Source: a bacterium
Lineage (GTDB): Bacteria; Bacteroidota; Ignavibacteria; Kapaibacteriales; UBA961
Assembly (NCBI GenBank): GCA_046093685.1
Contig: JBJTFZ010000166.1
Location: forward strand, 1-32,978
Length of the DNA: 32,978 nt
Reading direction: 5' to 3'
Part shown: one piece after another, positions 18,577 through 27,485 of the stretch
Layout of the letters: each line of letters opens with the position of its first letter
Position numbering within the stretch: the stretch's first letter is position 1
The notes under the pieces: model-generated
What the model was told of the DNA's origin: nothing
Seen by the model: only the letters and a program-made list of their open reading frames with translations
Database searches by the model: none
Made by a program: the position numbers and the translations under genes

Positions 18577-19149
18577 ATGAAGCAAAACCAAAACACTCGA
18601 TTATTCTTCCTCATAGCACTCATTCTGATTGCCGCATTCGGCAGAATCATTCCTCATCCTTATAATATGTCACCCATAGCAGCCATGGGCTTATTGGGTT
18701 CAGCATATTTTTCTCGCAAGTGGATGGCTTTCGCAATACCCTTTTTGGGCACCTGGTTGAGCGACCTTTTCATCAACAATGTGGTCTATGCACATTTGTT
18801 CAATGAATTCACTTGGTTCTATGCAGGTTCCGCATGGATTTATGCAAGTTATGCGCTCATCATCATGATGGGATTATTCTTGTTCAATTCCGTCTCCATT
18901 TCTCGCATCATGTCCGGCAGTGTATTGGCAACTTCCATGTTCTTCCTCATCACGAATTTTGGTGCATGGCTTGGAAATCCTCTTTATCCTCAAACATTTG
19001 AGGGACTGATGATGAGCTATGCTGCGGGAGTGCCGTTCTTGCAGGGAAGTTTCTTTGGAGACTTGTTCTATTCCGGAATCCTTTTCGGCGGATTTGCTTT
19101 GGCAGGCAAGCATTTGAATTTCCCAATCGCAAAAACAGAAAGAGCATGA
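18577..19149 (+). CDS. DUF6580-type membrane protein, BtuM/ECF S-component-like putative cobalamin transporter
   Basis: About six hydrophobic segments with RIIPHPYNMSPIAAMGL, LSDLF, FFLITNFGAW, YPQTFEGLMMSYAAGVPF. First gene after the riboswitch; the start was moved to ATG 18577 because the longer ORF overlaps the riboswitch. Confidence 0.8.
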   Translation: MKQNQNTRLFFLIALILIAAFGRIIPHPYNMSPIAAMGLLGSAYFSRKWMAFAIPFLGTWLSDLFINNVVYAHLFNEFTWFYAGSAWIYASYALIIMMGLFLFNSVSISRIMSGSVLATSMFFLITNFGAWLGNPLYPQTFEGLMMSYAAGVPFLQGSFFGDLFYSGILFGGFALAGKHLNFPIAKTERA

Positions 19150-20096
19150 ATCTGATTGTACTCATGTTTGTGATGCTTTCTTGCATCATGAACATGCATG
19201 CGCAGTTTCCGGATCGTGTGGGCATGCCCGATTGCGATGCCATTTCTGCAGAACGGGAGGGACTTGTGTGGGGAACCTCATGCACGATAATACCCGGATA
19301 TATCACGATAGCGAATCCATCTCAAGGAATGGTTAGCACAGAGGAAGCTTCATTGGCCATTGGTGCTGCCGATGATGCCGTTGTGAGTTTGGGGGATGGA
19401 GGTATTTGCACGATGATGTTTGCAAGACCGATAGCAGACGGACCCGGTGCGGATTTTGCGGTTTTTGAAAATGCATTCGATGATTATTTCTTGGAATTGG
19501 CATTTGTGGAAGTCAGTAGTGATGGGGAGCAATTTGTGCGATTTCCTGCAGTGTCATTAACGCAATCCAAGCAACAGTTGGGTCCATTCATGCGCATACC
19601 CGATGTGCGTGCCTTGAATAATTTGGCGGGAAAATACAGAAGAGGCTTTGGTACCCCTTTTGATTTGTCTGCATTGAAAGACAGTGCAGGGATAGACATT
19701 CAATCGATCACACATGTCAGAGTGATTGATGTGATTGGATCCATAGATTCGCAATTCGCAAGTCGGGATTCACGAGGGAATATCATCAATGATCCATGGC
19801 CGACGCCATTTTCATCATGCGGATTTGATCTTGACGGGATTGCGGTGATCAATGAAAAAAAAGAAGTGTCTGAGCAATTGACATTTGCGCCCAATCCAAT
19901 TCATGCGGGTGAACATGCGAGCGCAAGAGTGCTTGAACATGCGGATGCATTGTCGGTGTATACGATGCAGGGAGAATTCATTCGTGAGGGGAAGGATGGA
20001 ATGGTGGATATACATGGAATGTCCGGAGGCATGTATATTGTGAAGGGAATGCATGAGGGGCGCATGCAATCAGGAATATTGATCATCATGCCTTGA
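19146..20096 (+). CDS. Secreted T9SS-sorted cell-surface protein, BtuH-like putative cobalamin-binding protein
   Basis: Signal peptide (MHA|Q). VSLGDGG, DGPGADFAVFENAF, LELAFVEVSSDG, GTPFDLS, GFDLDGI, then CTD APNPI...VYTMQG...GMYIV. ATGA overlap with the upstream gene. Confidence 0.7.
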   Translation: MNLIVLMFVMLSCIMNMHAQFPDRVGMPDCDAISAEREGLVWGTSCTIIPGYITIANPSQGMVSTEEASLAIGAADDAVVSLGDGGICTMMFARPIADGPGADFAVFENAFDDYFLELAFVEVSSDGEQFVRFPAVSLTQSKQQLGPFMRIPDVRALNNLAGKYRRGFGTPFDLSALKDSAGIDIQSITHVRVIDVIGSIDSQFASRDSRGNIINDPWPTPFSSCGFDLDGIAVINEKKEVSEQLTFAPNPIHAGEHASARVLEHADALSVYTMQGEFIREGKDGMVDIHGMSGGMYIVKGMHEGRMQSGILIIMP

Positions 20097-21026
20097 TTAT
20101 TTTTTCTTTAATGCTTTTTCCAAATCCCCGCCGAATGTGTTGATCATTGTACGAAGAACATCAAAATCATTGTCGGTTGTAGGTGCCAAACCTTCTATGC
20201 TATAGGTGGCATAGAGAGTTTCTCTTCCTGCGGGTGTGGATTGGAAATCGAGTAATGCCTGAATCAATTCCTTTTTCATCTCTTCAGGGAAATCCGCACG
20301 AAAGACGAAGGGATCATTCGGGATGCTTTCCGTGAATCCAATGATTTTCACTTTCTGAAAAATGTCAGGATATTGTTTGGACACGCGGGCTCTTGCGTCG
20401 AGAATCTCGCCTGTTTTTTTGTCCGGAGGAGAATAATATGTGGCACCTGCATCCACCTGAGATTGATAGACCATCGTTACCACATTGTCATGGCGCATAG
20501 CAAACACCTCCTCTGCAGGTGTAATTTTTTCTTTGTCCAACAAAGCTTTGGGGAGAATATATCCTGATGTGGAGGCTGCATCGACGAAAGCGATTTTTTT
20601 TCCTCGAAGATCTTGTATCGAATTGATGTCACCATTTGTTCTTGCGATGAATTGTCCCCGATAGGTTGTTTCTCCGTCACGACGAATAACTTTCAATGCT
20701 GCTTTCACGCCATATTTTTGATGAGCGAGAATATAGGAGAATGTATTCATCGCTGCAATGTCGGCTTTTCCGCTACCGAATGCTTCCACAACCGCAATGA
20801 AACTCGTTGGGAAAGAAGCAGTGAAATGATATCCTGTTTTTGCTTCCAAATATGCGACGAGGCTGTCTGCACTGGTGCTCAATTTTTGAGCATCGACGGA
20901 AGGAGTGAGCAAGATGCGGATGGGATTGCCTTCACTACCGATTTCATTGGACTCCATCAAGGGCTTGAAGCTCAGATAGAGCAGAATCGTGGCAATAAAT
21001 GTGAGATAGAAGAGTCCGATTTTCAT
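20097..21026 (-). CDS. phnD: Phosphate/phosphite/phosphonate ABC transporter substrate-binding protein (PhnD family)
   Basis: VVEAFGSGKADIA, DLRGKKIAFVDAASTSGYILP, HDNVVTMV...VDAGATY, IPNDPFVFR. N-terminal hydrophobic anchor from MKIGLF. Confidence 0.85.
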   Translation of the reverse strand: MKIGLFYLTFIATILLYLSFKPLMESNEIGSEGNPIRILLTPSVDAQKLSTSADSLVAYLEAKTGYHFTASFPTSFIAVVEAFGSGKADIAAMNTFSYILAHQKYGVKAALKVIRRDGETTYRGQFIARTNGDINSIQDLRGKKIAFVDAASTSGYILPKALLDKEKITPAEEVFAMRHDNVVTMVYQSQVDAGATYYSPPDKKTGEILDARARVSKQYPDIFQKVKIIGFTESIPNDPFVFRADFPEEMKKELIQALLDFQSTPAGRETLYATYSIEGLAPTTDNDFDVLRTMINTFGGDLEKALKKK

Positions 21027-21040
21027 GGTATTTGCATGGT

Positions 21041-21072
21041 TTTGGCTATCCCATGCCATTTTGGTAATTTTG
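21041..21072 (+). promoter_or_regulatory. Bacteroidota-type sigma-A promoter for sucC
   Basis: TTTG (21041-21044)-N20-TAATTTTG (21065-21072). Confidence 0.6.
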
Positions 21073-21160
21073 TATCTGTTTTTGCATGAACAATTTAGTG
21101 CTTCAGCAAAGAAACACGAAACAAATTCGAATATACTTTTTTCACCCCCGGTTTATCATC

Positions 21161-22399
21161 ATGAACATCCACGAGTATCAAGCGAAAGAATTATTGCGGA
21201 AGTACAATGTACCCGTATTGAAAGGGAAGCCAGTGTTTTCCGCCGAAGAGGCATTGGAAATCACCAAGACGGAATTCATCGACAGTGGCATCAATGTGGT
21301 TGTCTTGAAATCACAAATTCATGCTGGCGGTCGTGGAAAAGGAATCATCCATCACACAACCACGAGAGAAGTGGTTGAATTGTATGGAAAGCCTGTTCGC
21401 GGAGTGACGGTCATTCATGACGGAGACATTGCGGAGAAGGCGAGAGAATATGCTCATGCAACAATTGACAATACGCTTGTAACCATTCAGACTGGCGAAT
21501 CCGGAAAAGTGGTGCGTCGCATGTTCATCGAGGAAGGCTGCAAGATTGCTCATGAATATTATTGCAGTATTCTTTTGGATCGTGACACAGCCCGTAATAT
21601 CATCATGGTTTCCACCGAAGGTGGTATGGACATTGAGGAAGTTGCAGAGCATACACCCGAGAAAATTTTGAAAGAATATATTGATCCAAGCATTGGATTT
21701 CAGCAGTTTCAGGCTCGCAGACTGGCATTTGGTTTGGGTTTGAGCGGACAAGCCTTCAAGAGTTTCGTGTCATTCATCGGTACATTGTATCATGCCTATG
21801 AAGACATGGATTGCAGCATGTTGGAAATCAATCCACTTGTCGTCACCGAAGATGGTGAATTCATTGCATTGGATGCAAAAGTCAATTTTGATGACAATGC
21901 CTTGTATCGTCATGCTGAGTTTTTGGACATGCGTGACATCGAGGAAGAAGATCCACTCGAAGTAGAAGCATCAAAATTCAATTTGAATTATATCAAACTT
22001 GATGGAAATGTTGGGTGCATGGTGAATGGAGCCGGCTTGGCGATGGCCACCATGGACATCATTCAACTTGCAGGTGGAAAACCCGCAAACTTTTTGGATG
22101 TAGGCGGCGGAGCGAATGTTGAGCGCATCGCCAATGCCTTTCGCATCATGACAAATGATCCTGCCGTTGAATGTGTTCTCATCAATATCTTTGGTGGTAT
22201 CGTGCGTTGCGATCGCGTCGCAAATGGCATTGTGCAAGCACTCAAGCAAGTCTCCGTTTCAACACCCGTCATTGTGCGCCTTGAAGGAACCAATGCAATC
22301 GAAGCAGGTGAAATTCTTAAAAACTCAGGCATGGAATTCTTGGTGGCAACAACACTCGAAGATGCAGCGAATAAAGTCACCCAAGCCTTGACACATTGA
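21161..22399 (+). CDS. sucC: Succinate--CoA ligase (ADP-forming) beta subunit
   Basis: MNIHEYQAKELL, KSQIHAGGRGK, STEGGMDIEEVA, EINPL, GCMVNGAGLAMATMD, PANFLDVGGGA, NIFGGIVRCD, VRLEGTN. Confidence 0.98.
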   Translation: MNIHEYQAKELLRKYNVPVLKGKPVFSAEEALEITKTEFIDSGINVVVLKSQIHAGGRGKGIIHHTTTREVVELYGKPVRGVTVIHDGDIAEKAREYAHATIDNTLVTIQTGESGKVVRRMFIEEGCKIAHEYYCSILLDRDTARNIIMVSTEGGMDIEEVAEHTPEKILKEYIDPSIGFQQFQARRLAFGLGLSGQAFKSFVSFIGTLYHAYEDMDCSMLEINPLVVTEDGEFIALDAKVNFDDNALYRHAEFLDMRDIEEEDPLEVEASKFNLNYIKLDGNVGCMVNGAGLAMATMDIIQLAGGKPANFLDVGGGANVERIANAFRIMTNDPAVECVLINIFGGIVRCDRVANGIVQALKQVSVSTPVIVRLEGTNAIEAGEILKNSGMEFLVATTLEDAANKVTQALTH

Positions 22400-22424
22400 T
22401 ACGCACATCATCCTGACCATACAT

Positions 22425-22455
22425 AAAGCACAATCCTAAAGATTGTGCTTTTTTT
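22425..22455 (+). terminator. Rho-independent terminator after sucC
   Basis: aaagcacaatc-ctaaa-gattgtgcttt hairpin with a T run. Confidence 0.85.
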
Positions 22456-22472
22456 ATTGATATTTTTCATCA

Positions 22473-22774
22473 TTCACCTCGGCTCCGCTCGGTGAACAAT
22501 ACATGGCTGCGCTGCAGTAAACACTCGACTACATTCATCAACTGCTCGTCGAGCGAAGCCGAGACGAAAAGTCTGTTGTGCATAAATATTTCACCTCGGC
22601 TTCGCTCGGTGAACAATACATGGCTCAGTTCGGTGAACAATACATGGCAGTGCTGCTGTAAACACTCGGTACATTCATCAACTGCTCGTCGAGCGAAGCC
22701 GAGACGAAAAGTCTGTTGTGCATAAACATTTCACCTCGGCTGCGCTCGGTGAACAATACATGGCTCCGCTCGAG
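22473..22774. repeat. REP/BIME-like palindromic repeat array (about 2.3 units starting 22473, 22590, 22730)
   Basis: ttcacc-tcggctNcgctc-ggtgaa-caatacatggc x3 alternates with the inverted core tcgtc-gagcgaagccga-gacga x2. Linkers are conserved between units. Confidence 0.9.
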
Positions 22775-23062
22775 AAAACCTCTTCTGCTCATGGAGCATT
22801 TTGCGCTTATTTGCCGTATTCTTGAGTTCGATGATAAAAGAGTACATATATCCTTCAGGAATGGCATTTTTCCTATGGCTGAACCATTTTTTTGTTGTAT
22901 TATGCATGGTTGAAAGCACATTATTTTTCTTCCCGATCTTCATTCCATTCTGAAGGGTGATCAGGTTCAAAATATAATGTGATGAATTGGCCGATATATT
23001 GTCAATTCAACAAACCTGAACATAGTTAACTCACTCATACATTTTCAAAGGACAGAGTACAC

Positions 23063-26000
23063 ATGATTATTGCTTCCATGTGGAGATTGCTCTCCTTATT
23101 GCTTTTTATCACTTCTTCCATTACGGTTACAGCACAGGTTACTGATTATAACGAAAAGAGAGGAAGTGGAGATGTCAGTGACGGGACTGACTATTATATC
23201 GCCATACCGGGTTGCCAAAAGTATCCGGCTGATTTATTGTCAGGCGGTCAAAGTGCCTATGAATTGTGGCTTTCTTCAAAAGTCAACACTGTTGTCACCC
23301 TAAAAGCGGAAGGCATTGGATATGAAACCACGGTTGCATTGACTGCTAATACAGTCAAGATCGTGAATCTTCCCAGTGAACTTGTGAATGAGGAAAGTGA
23401 AATTGCAAGACCTCACGGAGTTCGATTATTTGCTTCCGATCCATTTTCGGTGACTGTCGCAAACAATTGGCGTTCATCCGGTGCAGTGTACAAAGCATTG
23501 CCTGTTGAATTGTGGGGCAAGTCATATCGCACACTGAATAATTTTCAGGATCGTGATGAATCGATGCATCCTGGACAGATCATGATCATGGCTGCATATG
23601 ATGACACCAAAGTGATCATCAAGCCAAGAGCACGCACAGAGAAAGGCATTGGTTCCGTCACATTGAACAAAGGTGAAGTATTTCTTGTGCTTGCCGAAAT
23701 CGATTCGCTATATCATCACAATTCAAAGGGTGATTTAACCGGTTCATTGGTTGAATCCAATAAGCCAATCGGAGTGGTGAGTGGTCATACAAAAGGCGCA
23801 TATCCGCGTTTTGAAGAAACATTCCATGGCATTCGTACGGATATGTTGCGCAATGCATATGTTGAAATGCTTATGCCGACAACCGCTTCAGGAACGGAAT
23901 TTATGTCCGCTCCGCGCAAGCTTACACCAAATAGAAAATTCACAGGTCCGCAAGAAGAAGGCGAACTTATTCGCTTCGTAGCAACAGAAGACGGAACAAT
24001 CGTAAGTCAAATGAGACAAGACGGATCGGGGATGAAGCAACTCAATGTTCCTCTCAAAGCCGGCGAGTTTTTCGAAATTCAGAGCATGACAGAACCCGGT
24101 TATTATAAATCCAATAAACCGATTGTTGTTGGTCAATACATGAAAGCCTGGCTTCAGCATTTTTATGAAGCGGAAAAAGGTGAAAGCCCATTGGGACATG
24201 TTTTTGCGGGTAATGGTGAACTTACCACATTGACTCCATTGCATGCATGGCCATCAAGTGCGGTATTTTATTCACCGACCGAGAACAATAATTATGTGTA
24301 TTTGACCTTCCGCACCGAAGATCTTCAGAAGCTTAAGATCGATGGAAAATTGTTTCAATCATTCTTTGGTTCGACCATCAAAGAATATAAAGGAACACCC
24401 TATAGTTTTGCCAATAAAGAAGTGGGTATCGGATCTCACATCATCGAAGGCGCTGAATTCGCGGCATATTCTTATGGACATTGGGATGATCCAACAGGGC
24501 AGTTCAAAAACTATGCATATGCCTATCCTGTTGCCGTGAATGCATCAATGCCATGCGAAGATTCCGTAATGATTTCCGGTGATCCAAAATGCGGAGTCAT
24601 CAATGGCAATGCAGGCGTATTTCCGCCGGACAAAGAGTGTGCACAATTGTTGAACCTTCGTCTTGACATGCAGAAAAGTTCAAACATGAAACTTACTTTG
24701 CCTGATGACAATGTGCTTGGGTTGAAAGAAACAACATTTTCGCTGAGCGTCATCGACATGTCAAAACCGGCGGTTGGAATCATTCGTGCAACAACTCGCT
24801 CCGGTAAATTCGTCGAGAGAACCTATACTTATACTCCGGAAGAATTGTCTGCAGACCCACTTTCCATCAACTATGGAATGGTTGGTGTTGGCGATACCGT
24901 GAAGCAAACCATCACGATCACGAATCCGAGCAAAACACAAACAACAGTCATCAAAGAGCTGAAGCTGAAATTCAAGAGCAAAGAGTTTATTCTTCCGACC
25001 GGAATTTTCCCAATCACACTTGCTCCTCAAGCATCAAAAACAATTGAGATTCCGGCAACAAGTTTGGAAGTGAAAGCAGGCCCCATCGTGGATTCTCTTA
25101 TCGCCGTTTTGGAATGTAGAGAAGTTTCACTAACAGAATTACGACTACTTCCAATCAAACCACAAGTGTATACAGGCGATGCCGATTTTGGCAAAGTTCC
25201 GGTGAACTCGGAAAGAAAACTTGATGTGTTGATTCGCAATACAAGAAAAGTCGACATTGTTGTGACCGGAATCAACTGGCCCGATGCTGACAAGCAATAC
25301 TTCCCTCGCGTTGAAGGACTCATTGAGAATTTCCCATTGACCATCAAAGCAAATGGTGAATTCCCATTCAAAGTTGTGTTCACTCCAGGCGCATCTGCAA
25401 ATATCCCACGCGAAACACGCGCAATGCTCACATGCAATACCGATGATATCAAGATTTATTCCGATTGGAAAGGTATGGCCGTTGAAGCAGGTCCGATTTT
25501 GAATGGATATGATTGGAAAGAGCGTCGCGTACTTGACAATTTCGTGAGCCCTGCAGTAAAAACAAATGGATATACAACTACAATTGAATATGGTAACTCA
25601 GGTTCAACTCCATTGACTGACATTGTCATGACCGTATCAGGTCCTGATGGAAAGCACTTCACAGTCCCCACAAATCAAGTTGCCAACAGGCTCGGTGAAA
25701 ATGAATTCAAATCACTCGATGTGAGCTTCTTGCCCGAATGGATTCAAGGAGGTCGAACAGGCGAAAGACCATATGAGATAACAGTAACGCTGGCCGGAAA
25801 AGACAATGGTGTTGATAAATCAACATCTGCGCAATTGAAAGGAATCGGCGTACAACCACATATCGCCATGACACCTTCAATTGATTTCGGAACCGTGCTT
25901 CCAAATGATACAAAATCACTCAATGCGGACATCACCTCAAATGGTTCGATGGATTTGACATTGATGAATGCAAATGGCGGAATCAAAATCATTGGTCCGG

Positions 26001-27337
26001 ATGCAAAATCATTTGCAATCGACCCCGCATTTTTCGCAAATGCCGGAACATATCCGTTCACGCTTGGAAAAGACAATGGAAACAATGTTATGACATTGCC
26101 CATTATCTTTACAGCAGGAACAGTGACCGCTCCAACGACATTCAATGCAACTGTCGTATTGGAATCCGATGCTCCCGAAACTGTTCAAACAGAACTCAAA
26201 GCTTATGTTGAACCGCAAGGATCACCAAAAGGTGAACCAACAGACATCACGCTGAAGCAATTCATCACATTGAAAAAATCGGGTCAAGTTGAATTGAAGA
26301 ATATCGGCGATGCGCCAATGATCGTAACTTCAATCGGAAGTCCACAAGGCAATGGTGGAATCATGTGGAAAGCAGTTTCCACAATTCCTCTTCCTGCAAC
26401 AATTGCACCAGGCAATACACTTGCGATAGATGTGACCTATAGTCCTTCAATGATACGCACCGACATGAACAATGCAATTCAGCCCGACATTGCAACAATC
26501 ACCTATGCAACAAATGCGGGTGATTATACCTCAACGCTCACCGGTATTCCCGATGAAATCGTTGCACTTGTGCGTGTAGGTAGTGAAAATTATTCAGTGA
26601 AACCGGGAGGAATTTCCGATTGGTTGACATTGGAATTGGATGACAAAGTATCAACGATTGCCCGTTTGGAAAATCTTGATCGCGCAGAAGTCAGACACTT
26701 CCAAGCCACCATCAATTATAATCCAACCGTAGCTGAACCATTGCTTGGAGCAGAGAATATCATTGTTGGAAACATGACATCAAACTGGAAGATTGAAAGT
26801 GCGCAAATCGCGAAGCCCGGCGAACTCATTGTTAGAATGAGTGGTCCGACACAACTTTCCGGAACAGGCACATTGTTCAAATTCAAGATGAAAGGATATC
26901 TTGACACAAACAAGAATACTCCTCTTGGCTCAAATTTGACCATTCTCAATGACAATGGTGATCGTGATATTGTGAAATACGGATATACACGCATCGAAAA
27001 ACTTCCCGGAAAAATTGCACTTGTATTTGATTGCGCAGGCAATATCCGCGGAGTCCGTTTTGCCACAGGACAATATGCACTCAAAGGAGCATATCCGAAT
27101 CCTTCCGCCGGCAAAGTGACCATTCCATTCAGCACCGGTTTCAATGGACATGCAAAAATCTGCGTGTACAATACGCTCGGCGCTTGCGTGGCGGTATTGT
27201 TGAATGAAGAAATCAAGGCCGGAGAATATGCTCTTGATGTTGATATGAGAGCCCTCAATCTTGGTTCTGGAGCTTATATGCTTCGTATGGAGACAGCAAA
27301 ATTCGTGGAAACACAGCAATTCATGTTGTCTGAATAA
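23063..27337 (+). CDS. Large T9SS-sorted protein: IgGFc-binding-protein N-terminal domain, multiple choice-of-anchor-D-like Ig domains, cohesin-like domain, CTD
   Basis: Signal peptide (VTA|Q). GTDYYIAIP, ALPVELWGKSY, DLTGSLVESNKPIGVVSGH, FAAYSYG...YAYP. Ig repeats INYGMV/DFGKV/IDFGTV...ITNP/IRNT/LKNIG. INYNPTV...GTGTLF. CTD AYPNPS...VYNTLG...SGAYMLRM. Confidence 0.85.
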   Translation: MIIASMWRLLSLLLFITSSITVTAQVTDYNEKRGSGDVSDGTDYYIAIPGCQKYPADLLSGGQSAYELWLSSKVNTVVTLKAEGIGYETTVALTANTVKIVNLPSELVNEESEIARPHGVRLFASDPFSVTVANNWRSSGAVYKALPVELWGKSYRTLNNFQDRDESMHPGQIMIMAAYDDTKVIIKPRARTEKGIGSVTLNKGEVFLVLAEIDSLYHHNSKGDLTGSLVESNKPIGVVSGHTKGAYPRFEETFHGIRTDMLRNAYVEMLMPTTASGTEFMSAPRKLTPNRKFTGPQEEGELIRFVATEDGTIVSQMRQDGSGMKQLNVPLKAGEFFEIQSMTEPGYYKSNKPIVVGQYMKAWLQHFYEAEKGESPLGHVFAGNGELTTLTPLHAWPSSAVFYSPTENNNYVYLTFRTEDLQKLKIDGKLFQSFFGSTIKEYKGTPYSFANKEVGIGSHIIEGAEFAAYSYGHWDDPTGQFKNYAYAYPVAVNASMPCEDSVMISGDPKCGVINGNAGVFPPDKECAQLLNLRLDMQKSSNMKLTLPDDNVLGLKETTFSLSVIDMSKPAVGIIRATTRSGKFVERTYTYTPEELSADPLSINYGMVGVGDTVKQTITITNPSKTQTTVIKELKLKFKSKEFILPTGIFPITLAPQASKTIEIPATSLEVKAGPIVDSLIAVLECREVSLTELRLLPIKPQVYTGDADFGKVPVNSERKLDVLIRNTRKVDIVVTGINWPDADKQYFPRVEGLIENFPLTIKANGEFPFKVVFTPGASANIPRETRAMLTCNTDDIKIYSDWKGMAVEAGPILNGYDWKERRVLDNFVSPAVKTNGYTTTIEYGNSGSTPLTDIVMTVSGPDGKHFTVPTNQVANRLGENEFKSLDVSFLPEWIQGGRTGERPYEITVTLAGKDNGVDKSTSAQLKGIGVQPHIAMTPSIDFGTVLPNDTKSLNADITSNGSMDLTLMNANGGIKIIGPDAKSFAIDPAFFANAGTYPFTLGKDNGNNVMTLPIIFTAGTVTAPTTFNATVVLESDAPETVQTELKAYVEPQGSPKGEPTDITLKQFITLKKSGQVELKNIGDAPMIVTSIGSPQGNGGIMWKAVSTIPLPATIAPGNTLAIDVTYSPSMIRTDMNNAIQPDIATITYATNAGDYTSTLTGIPDEIVALVRVGSENYSVKPGGISDWLTLELDDKVSTIARLENLDRAEVRHFQATINYNPTVAEPLLGAENIIVGNMTSNWKIESAQIAKPGELIVRMSGPTQLSGTGTLFKFKMKGYLDTNKNTPLGSNLTILNDNGDRDIVKYGYTRIEKLPGKIALVFDCAGNIRGVRFATGQYALKGAYPNPSAGKVTIPFSTGFNGHAKICVYNTLGACVAVLLNEEIKAGEYALDVDMRALNLGSGAYMLRMETAKFVETQQFMLSE

Positions 27338-27360
27338 AGCAAATCCAATTCTTTTTAAGG

Positions 27361-27398
27361 AAATCCCCTGTCGACCCAATATCGGCAGGGGATTTTTT
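27361..27398 (+). terminator. Rho-independent terminator
   Basis: aaatcccctgtcga-cccaata-tcggcaggggattt hairpin with one G-U pair, then Ts. Confidence 0.9.
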
Positions 27399-27485
27399 GT
27401 TGTCAAATACCGATATTTGCATTCATACTATTGAAAAATAGAATACATAGCACCGATTATTGTTCCACCAAATGGTTTAGTTAAC

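Noticed and set aside
22473-22774. CRISPR array
   Set aside because: The spacers are near-identical to each other, unit lengths are 117/140 bp, and no cas genes are present.
22492-22970. Short ORFs across the repeat region
   Set aside because: They are translations of the repeat with no credible start or domain.
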